From assembly GCF_009914755.1 (NCBI RefSeq), contig NC_060936.1: a DNA stretch of 64,000 nucleotides; one strand, 5' to 3'. Both the position numbers and the translations under genes were made by a program. This document shows positions 55,301 through 64,000 of this stretch, one piece after another. Source of the stretch: the human T2T-CHM13v2.0 reference genome, Homo sapiens. How positions within the stretch are numbered: position 1 is the stretch's first letter; every line of letters starts with the position of its first letter. The notes under the pieces are model-generated. The model saw only the letters and a program-made list of their open reading frames with translations, did not search any database and was not told the origin of the DNA.

Positions 55301-57200
55301 TACAGACAGAGTGTTTCCAAACTACTCTATGAAAAGAAAGCTTAAACTCCTTGAGTTGAACGCACACATCACAAAGTAGTTTCTGAGAATGATTCTGTCT
55401 AGTTTTTATACGAAGATGTTTCCTTTTCTACATTTGGTCTCAAAGCGATTGAAATCTCCAACTGGAAACTGCACAAATAGGCTGTTTCAAATCTGCTCTG
55501 TCTAAAGGAAGGTTCAGCTCTGTGAGTTGAATACACACACCACAAATAAGTTACTGAGAATTCTTCTGTCAAACATTACAGGAAGAAATCTCGTTTCCAA
55601 CGAAGGCCTCAAAGAGGTCCAAATATCCACTTGCAGACATTACAAACAGTGTGTTTCCCAACTGCTCCATCAAAAGAAAGGTTAAACTCTGTGAGCTGAA
55701 CACACACATCAAAAAGAAGTTTCTGTGAATGATTCTGTCTAGATTTTATAAGAAGATGTTTCCTTTTCTACCGTAGGCCTCAAAGCGCTTGAAATCTCCA
55801 GCTGCAAATTCCACAAAAAGGGTGTTTAACATCTGCTCTTCTAAAGGAAAGTTCAACTCTATGAGTTGAATACACACAGCACAAAGAAGTTACTGAGACT
55901 TCTCCTGTCAAACATTATATGAAGAAATCCCGTTTCCAACGAAGGCCTCAAAGAGGTCCAAATATCTGCTTGCAGACTTTACAGACAGAGTGTTTCTAAA
56001 CTGCTCCATCAAAAGAAAGGTTAAACTCCTTGAGTTGAACACACACATCACAAAGTAGTTTCTGTGAATGATTCTGTCTAGTTTTTATACGAAGATGTTT
56101 CCTTTTCTACATTTGGTCTCAAAGCTCTTGAAATCTCCAACTGGAAACTGCACAAATAGGGTGTTTCAAATCTGCTCTGTCTAAAGGAAGGTTCAACTCT
56201 GTGAGTTGAATACACACACCACAAATAAGTTACTGAGAATTCTTCTGTCGAACATTACTTGAAGAAATCCCGTTTCCAACGAAGGCCTCAAAGAGGTCCA
56301 AATATCCACTTGCAGACGTTACAAACAGAGTGTTTCCAAACTGCTCCATCAAAAGAAAGGTTAAACTCTGTGAGCTGAACACACACATCAAAAAGAAGTT
56401 TCTGTGAATGATTCTGTCTAGATTTTATAAGAAGATGTTTCCTTTTCTACCGTAGGCCTCAAAGCGCTTGAAATCTCCAGCTGCAAATTCCACAAAAAGG
56501 GTGTTTAACATCTGCTCTTCTAAAGGAAAGTTCAACTCTATGAGTTGAATACACACAGCACAAAGAAGTTACTGAGACTTCTCCTATCAAACATTATATG
56601 AAGAAATCCCGTTTCCAACGAAGGCCTCAAAGAGGTCCAAATATCTGCTTGCAGACTTTACAGACAGAGTGTTTCCAAACTGCTCCATCAAAAGAAAGGT
56701 TAAACTCCTTGAGTTGAACACACACATCACAAAGTAGTTTCTGTGAATGATTCTGTCTAGTTTTTATACGAAGATGTTTCCTTTTCTACCTTTGGTCTCA
56801 AAGCGATTGAAATCTCCACATGGAAACTCCACCAAAAGAGTGTTTCAAATCTGCTCTTTCTGAAGGAAGGTTCAACTCTGTGAGTTGAATACACACACCA
56901 CAAATAAGTTACTGAGAATTCTTCTGTGTAACATTATATGAGGAAATCCCGTTTCCAACGAAGGCCTCAAAGAGGTCCAAATATCCACTTGCAGACTTTA
57001 CAAAGACAGTGTCTCCAAACTCCTCCATCAAAAGAAAGGTTATACTCCGTGAATTGAACGCACACATCACAAAGTAGTTTCTGAGAATGATTCTGTCTAG
57101 TTTTTATACAAAGATATTACCTTTTCTACATTTGGCCTAAAAGCGCTTGAAATCTCCACCTGCAAATATCACAAAAAGAGGGTTTCACATCTGCTCTGTC
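32700..57200. repeat. Tandem duplication, period 12,225 bp (36 dimers)
   Basis: Paired markers: ctgctGtgtc 33421/45646, ttccaaTgaa 35221/47446, caaacGtta, gatActgtc, cacCccac 39916/52141 and the broken box 43366/55591. The junction lies between ~44895 and ~45047. Confidence 0.93.
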
Positions 57201-60200
57201 TAAAGGACAGTTCACCTCTGTGAGTTGAATAGAGGCAACACAAAGAACTTACTCAGTATTCTTCTTTCTAGCGTTCTATGAAGAAATCCCGTTTCCAACG
57301 AAGGCCTTAAAGAGGTCAAATATCTGCTTGCAGACTTTACAGACAGAGTGTTTCCAAACTACTCTATGAAAAGAAAGCTTAAACTCCTTGAGTTGAACGC
57401 ACACATCACAAAGTAGTTTCTGAGAATGATTCTGTCTAGTTTTTATACGAAGATGTTTCCTTTTCTACATTTGGTCTCAAAGCGATTGAAATCTCCAACT
57501 GGAAACTGCACAAATAGGGTGTTTCAAATCTGCTCTGTCTAAAGGAAGGTTCAACTCTGTGAGTTGAATACACACACCACAAATAAGTTACTGAGAATTC
57601 TTCTGTCGAACATTACTTGAAGAAATCCCGTTTCCAACGAAGGCCTCAAAGAGGTCCAAATATCCACTTGCAGACGTTACAAACAGAGTGTTTCCAAACT
57701 GCTCCATCAAAAGAAAGGTTAAACTCTGTGAGCTGAACACACACATCAAAAAGAAGTTTCTGTGAATGATTCTGTCTAGATTTTATAAGAAGATGTTTCC
57801 TTTTCTACCGTAGGCCTCAAAGCGCTTGAAATCTCCAGCTGCAAATTCCACAAAAAGGGTGTTTAACATCTGCTCTTCTAAAGGAAAGTTCAACTCTGTG
57901 AGTTGAATACACACAGCACAAAGAAGTTACTGAGACTTCTCCTATCAAACATTATATGAAGAAATCCCGTTTCCAACGAAGGCCTCAAAGAGGTCCAAAT
58001 ATCTGCTTGCAGACTTTACAGACAGTGTGTTTCCAAACTGCTCCATCAAAAGAAAGGTTAAACTCCTTGAGTTGAACACACACATCACAAAGTAGTTTCT
58101 GTGAATGATTCTGTCTAGTTTTTATACGAAGATGTTTCCTTTTCTACCTTTGGTCTCAAAGCGATTGAAATCTCCACATGGAAACTCCACAAAAAGAGTG
58201 TTTCAAATCTGCTCTTTCTGAAGGAAGGTTCAACTCTGTGAGTTGAATACACACCCCACAAATAAGTTACTGGGAATTCTTCTGTGTAACATTATATGAG
58301 GAAATCCCGTTTCCAACGAAGGCCTTAAAGAGGTCCAAATATCCACTTGCAGACTTTACAAAGACAGTGTCTCCAAACTCCTCCATCAAAAGAAAGGTTA
58401 TACTCTGTGAATTGAACGCACACATCACAAAGTAGTTTCTGAGAATGATTCTGTCTAGTTTTTATACGAAGATATTTCCTTTTCTACATTTGGCCTAAAA
58501 GCGCTTGAAATCTCCACCTGCAAATATCACAAAAAGAGGGTTTCACATCTGCTCTGTCTAAAGGACAGTTCACCTCTGTGAGTTGAATAGAGGCAACACA
58601 AAGAACTTACTCAGTATTCTTCTTTCTAGCATTCTATGAAGAAATCCCGTTTCCAACGAAGGCCCCAAAGAGGTCCAAATATCTGCTTGCAGACTTTACA
58701 GACAGAGTTTTTCCAAACTGCTCCATCAATAGAAAGGTTAAACTCCTTGAGTTGAACACACACATCCCAAAGTAGTTTCTGTGAATGATTCTGTCTAGTT
58801 TTTATAAGAAGATGTTTCCTTTTCTACCTTTGGTCTCAAAGCGATTGAAATCTCCACATGGAAACTCCACAAAAAGAGTGTTTCAAATCTGCTCTTTCTG
58901 AAGGAAGGTTCAACTCTGTGAGTTGAATACACACACCACAAAGAAGTTACTGAGAATTCTTCTGTGTAACATTACATGAGGAAATCCCGTTTCCAACGAA
59001 GGCCTCAAAGAGGTCCAAATATCCACTTGCAGACTTTACAAAGACAGTGTCTCCAAACTCCTCCATCAAAAGAAAGGTTATACTCTGTGAATTGAACGCA
59101 CACATCACAAAGTAGTTTCTGAGAATGATTCTGTCTAGTTTTTATACGAAGATATTTCCTTTTCTACATTTGGCCTAAAAGCGCTTGAAATCTCCACCTG
59201 CAAATATCACAAAAAGAGGGTTTCACATCTGCTCTGTCTAAAGGACAGTTCACCTCTGTGAGTTGAATAGAGGCAACACAAAGAACTTACTCAGTATTCT
59301 TCTTTCTAGCGTTCTATGAAGAAATCCCGTTTCCAACGAAGGCCTCAAAGAGGTCAAATATCTGCTTGCAGACTTTACAGACAGAGTGTTTCCAAACTAC
59401 TCTATGAAAAGAAAGCTTAAACTCCTTGAGTTGAACGCACACATCACAAAGTAGTTTCTGAGAATGATTCTGTCTAGTTTTTATACGAAGATGTTTCCTT
59501 TTCTACATTTGGTCTCAAAGCGATTGAAATCTCCAACTGGAAACTGCACAAATAGGCTGTTTCAAATCTGCTCTGTCTAAAGGAAGGTTCAGCTCTGTGA
59601 GTTGAATACACACACCACAAATAAGTTACTGAGAATTCTTCTGTCGAACATTACAGGAAGAAATCCCGTTTCCAACGAAGGCCTCAAAGAGGTCCAAATA
59701 TCCACTTGCAGACATTACAAACAGTGTGTTTCCCAACTGCTCCATCAAAAGAAAGGTTAAACTCTGTGAGCTGAACACACACATCAAAAAGAAGTTTCTG
59801 TGAATGATTCTGTCTAGATTTTATAAGAAGATGTTTCCTTTTCTACCGTAGGCCTCAAAGCGCTTGAAATCTCCAGCTGCAAATTCCACAAAAAGGGTGT
59901 TTAACATCTGCTCTTCTAAAGGAAAGTTCAACTCTATGAGTTGAATACACACAGCACAAAGAAGTTACTGAGACTTCTCCTATCAAACATTATATGAAGA
60001 AATCCCGTTTCCAACGAAGGCCTCAAAGAGGTCCAAATATCTGCTTGCAGACTTTACAGAGAGTGTTTCCAAACTGCTCCATCAAAAGAAAGGTTAAACT
60101 CCTTGAGTTGAACACACACATCACAAAGTAGTTTCTGTGAATGATTCTGTCTAGTTTTTATACGAAGATGTTTCCTTTTCTACCTTTGGTCTCAAAGCGA

Positions 60201-63200
60201 TTGAAATCTCCACATGGAAACTCCACAAAAAGAGTGTTTCAAATCTGCTCTTTCTGAAGGAAGGTTCAACTCTGTGAGTTGAATACACACACCACAAATA
60301 AGTTACTGAGAATTCTTCTGTGTAACATTATATGAGGAAATCCCGTTTCCAACGAAGGCGTCAAAGAGGTCCAAATATCCACTTGCAGACTTTACAAAGA
60401 CAGTGTCTCCAAACTCCTCCATCAAAAGAAAGGTTATACTCTGTGAATTGAACGCACACATCACAAAGTAGTTTCTGAGAATGATTATGTCTAGTTTTTA
60501 TACGAAGATATTTCCTTTTCTACATTTGGCCTAAAAGCGCTTGAAATCTCCACCTGCAAATATCACAAAAAGAGGGTTTCACATCTGCTCTGTCTAAAGG
60601 ACAGTTCACCTCTGTGAGTTGAATAGAGGCAACACAAAGAACTTACCCAGTATTCTTCTTTCTAGCATTCTATGAAGAAATCCCGTTTCCAACGAAGGCC
60701 CCAAAGAGGTCCAAATATCTGCTTGCAGACTTTACAGACAGAGTTTTTCCAAACTGCTCCATCAAAAGAAAGGTTAAACTCCTTGAGTTGAACACACACA
60801 TCACAAAGTAGTTTCTGTGAATGATTCTGTCTAGTTTTTATAAGAAGATGTTTCCTTTTCTACCTTTGGTCTCAAAGCGATTGAAATCTCCACATGGAAA
60901 CTCCTCAAAAAGAGTGTTTCAAATCTGCTCTTTCTGAAGGAAGGTTCAACTCTGTGAGTTGAATACACACACCACAAATAAGTTACTGAGAATTCTTCTG
61001 TGTAACATTATATGAGGAAATCCCGTTTCCAACGAAGGCCTCAAAGAGGTCCAAATATCCACTTGCAGACTTTACAAAGACAGTGTCTCCAAACTCCTCC
61101 ATCAAAAGAAAGGTTATACTCTGTGAATTGAACGCACACATCACAAAGTAGTTTCTGAGAATGATTCTGTCTAGTTTTTATACGAAGATATTTCCTTTTC
61201 TACATTTGGCCTAAAAGCGCTTGAAATCTCCACCTGCAAATATCACAAAAAGAGGGTTTCACATCTGCTCTGTCTAAAGGACAGTTCACCTCTGTGAGTT
61301 GAATAGAGGCAACACAAAGAACTTACTCAGTATTCTTCTTTCTAGCGTTCTATGAAGAAATCCCGTTTCCAACGAAGGCCTCAAAGAGGTCAAATATCTG
61401 CTTGCAGACTTTACAGACAGAGTGTTTCCAAACTACTCTATGAAAAGAAAGCTTAAACTCCTTGAGTTGAACGCACACATCACAAAGTAGTTTCTGAGAA
61501 TGATTCTGTCTAGTTTTTATACGAAGATGTTTCCTTTTCTACATTTGGTCTCAAAGCGATTGAAATCTCCAACTGGAAACTGCACAAATAGGCTGTTTCA
61601 AATCTGCTCTGTCTAAAGGAAGGTTCAGCTCTGTGAGTTGAATACACACACCACAAATAAGTTACTGAGAATTCTTCTGTCAAACATTACAGGAAGAAAT
61701 CTCGTTTCCAACGAAGGCCTCAAAGAGGTCCAAATATCCACTTGCAGACATTACAAACAGTGTGTTTCCCAACTGCTCCATCAAAAGAAAGGTTAAACTC
61801 TGTGAGCTGAACACACACATCAAAAAGAAGTTTCTGTGAATGATTCTGTCTAGATTTTATAAGAAGATGTTTCCTTTTCTACCGTAGGCCTCAAAGCGCT
61901 TGAAATCTCCAGCTGCAAATTCCACAAAAAGGGTGTTTAACATCTGCTCTTCTAAAGGAAAGTTCAACTCTATGAGTTGAATACACACAGCACAAAGAAG
62001 TTACTGAGACTTCTCCTGTCAAACATTATATGAAGAAATCCCGTTTCCAACGAAGGCCTCAAAGAGGTCCAAATATCTGCTTGCAGACTTTACAGACAGA
62101 GTGTTTCTAAACTGCTCCATCAAAAGAAAGGTGGAACTCCTTGAGTTGAACACACACATCACAAAGTAGTTTCTGTGAATGATTCTGTCTAGTTTTTATA
62201 CGAAGATGTTTCCTTTTCTACCTATGGTCTCAAAGCGATTGAAATCTCCACATGGAAACTCCACAAAAAGAGTGTTTCAAATCTGCTCTTTCTGAAGGAA
62301 GGTTCAACTCTGTGAGTTGAATACACACACCACAAATAAGTTACTGAGAATTCTTCTGTGTAACATTATATGAGGAAATCCCGTTTCCAACGAAGGCCTC
62401 AAAGAGGTCCAAATATCCACTTGCAGACTTTACAAAGACAGTGTCTCCAAACTCCTCCATCAAAAGAAAGGTTATACTCTGTGAATTGAACGCACACATC
62501 ACAAAGTAGTTTCTGAGAATGATTCTGTCTAGTTTTTATACGAAGATATTTCCTTTTCTACATTTGGCCTAAAAGCGCTTGAAATCTCCACCTGCAAATA
62601 TCACAAAAACAGGGTTTCACATCTGCTCTGTCTAAAGGACAGTTCACCTCTGTGAGTTGAATAGAGGCAACACAAAGAACTTACTCAGTATTCTTCTTTC
62701 TAGCATTCTATGAAGAAATCCCGTATCCAACGAAGGCCCCAAAGAGGTCCAAATATCTGCTTGCAGACTTTACAGACAGAGTTTTTCCAAACTGTTCCAT
62801 CAAAAGAAAGGTTAAACTCCTTGAGTTGAACACACACATCACAAAGTAGTTTCTGTGAATGATTCTGTCTAGTTTTTATAAGAAGATGTTTCCTTTGCTA
62901 CCTTTGGTCTCTAAGCGATTGAAATCTCCACATGGAAACTCCTCAAAAAGAGTGTTTCAAATCTGCTCTTTCTGAAGGAAGGTTCAACTCTGTGAGTTGA
63001 ATACACACACCACAAATAAGTTACTGAGAATTCTTCTGTGTAACATTATATGAGGAAATCCCGTTTCCAACGAAGGCCTCAAAGAGGTCCAAATATCCAC
63101 TTGCAGACTTTACAAAGACAGTGTCTCCAAACTCCTCCATCAAAAGAAAGGTTATACTCTGTGAATTGAACGCACACATCACAAAGTAGTTTCTGAGAAT

Positions 63201-64000
63201 GATTCTGTCTAGTTTTTATACGAAGATATTTCCTTTTCTACATTTGGCCTAAAAGCGCTTGAAATCTCCACCTGCAAATATCACAAAAAGAGGGTTTCAC
63301 ATCTGCTCTGTCTAAAGGACAGTTCACCTCTGTGAGTTGAATAGAGGCAACACAAAGAACTTACTCAGTATTCTTCTTTCTAGCGTTCTATGAAGAAATC
63401 CCGTTTCCAACGAAGGCCTCAAAGAGGTCAAATATCTGCTTGCAAACTTTACAGACAGAGTGTTTCCAAACTACTCTATGAAAAGAAAGCTTAAACTCCT
63501 TGAGTTGAACGCACACATCACAAAGTAGTTTCTGAGAATGATTCTGTCTAGTTTTTATACGAAGATGTTTCCTTTTCTACATTTGGTCTCAAAGCGATTG
63601 AAATCTCCAACTGGAAACTGCACAAATAGGCTGTTTCAAATCTGCTCTGTCTAAAGGAAGGTTCAGCTCTGTGAGTTGAATACACACACCACAAATAAGT
63701 TACTGAGAATTCTTCTGTCGAACATTACAGGAAGAAATCCCGTTTCCAACGAAGGCCTCAAAGAGCTCCAAATATCCACTTGCAGACATTACAAACAGTG
63801 TGTTTCCCAACTGCTCCATCAAAAGAAAGGTTAAACTCTGTGAGCTGAACACACACATCAAAAAGAAGTTTCTGTGAATGATTCTGTCTAGATTTTATAA
63901 GAAGATGTTTCCTTTTCTACCGTAGGCCTCAAAGCGCTTGAAATCTCCAGCTGCAAATTCCACAAAAAGGGTGTTTAACATCTGCTCTTCTAAAGGAAAG

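Larger units (their letters stand above)
1..64000 (-). repeat. Alpha-satellite centromeric HOR array, dimeric SF1-type (~188 dimers, ~376 monomers)
   Basis: Tandem ~170-bp monomers alternate as 339-340-bp dimers. The reverse complement resembles the classic 340-bp EcoRI alphoid dimer (…GAGGCCTTCGTTGGAAACGGGATTTCTTCAT…; GAATTCTCAGTAACTT…TGTGTGTATTCAACTCACAGAGTTGAAC). Orientation is the same throughout and I saw no non-alphoid sequence. Confidence 0.99.

Noticed and set aside
1-64000. CRISPR-like regular repeat of the ~35-bp CENP-B-box tract
   Set aside because: The intervening sequence is itself repeated satellite rather than unique spacers, and there are no cas genes.
1-64000. Transposon insertion, inversion or monomeric divergent layer
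   Set aside because: I saw no Alu, L1 or poly-A sequence, no strand switch of the CENP-B box and no loss of HOR periodicity.

Overview
The whole 64-kb window is an uninterrupted primate, most likely human, centromeric alpha-satellite higher-order repeat (HOR) array, read antisense to the usual consensus. It is built from ~340-bp dimers of the SF1 (J1/J2-like) type with one CENP-B box per dimer. Four dimer types (my labels A, B, C, D) form a 1,358-bp 8-mer HOR. One HindIII and one PvuII site per 8-mer point to chromosome 12 D12Z3; this is an inference, not a database match. I see no genes, transposon insertions or inversions, and the two ORFs are chance products of SNVs. The interesting content is the array's internal history. 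A single-origin 680-bp A-D 4-mer variant turns the array from mostly 8-mers (left) into mostly 12-mers (right). Private SNVs reveal nested recent duplications with offsets of 1,358, 3,398, 6,111, 12,225, 19,695 and 31,920 bp, some of which copied broken CENP-B boxes. I do not find a new gene-encoded system. All comparisons were made by eye, so breakpoints are approximate and some SNVs may have been missed.
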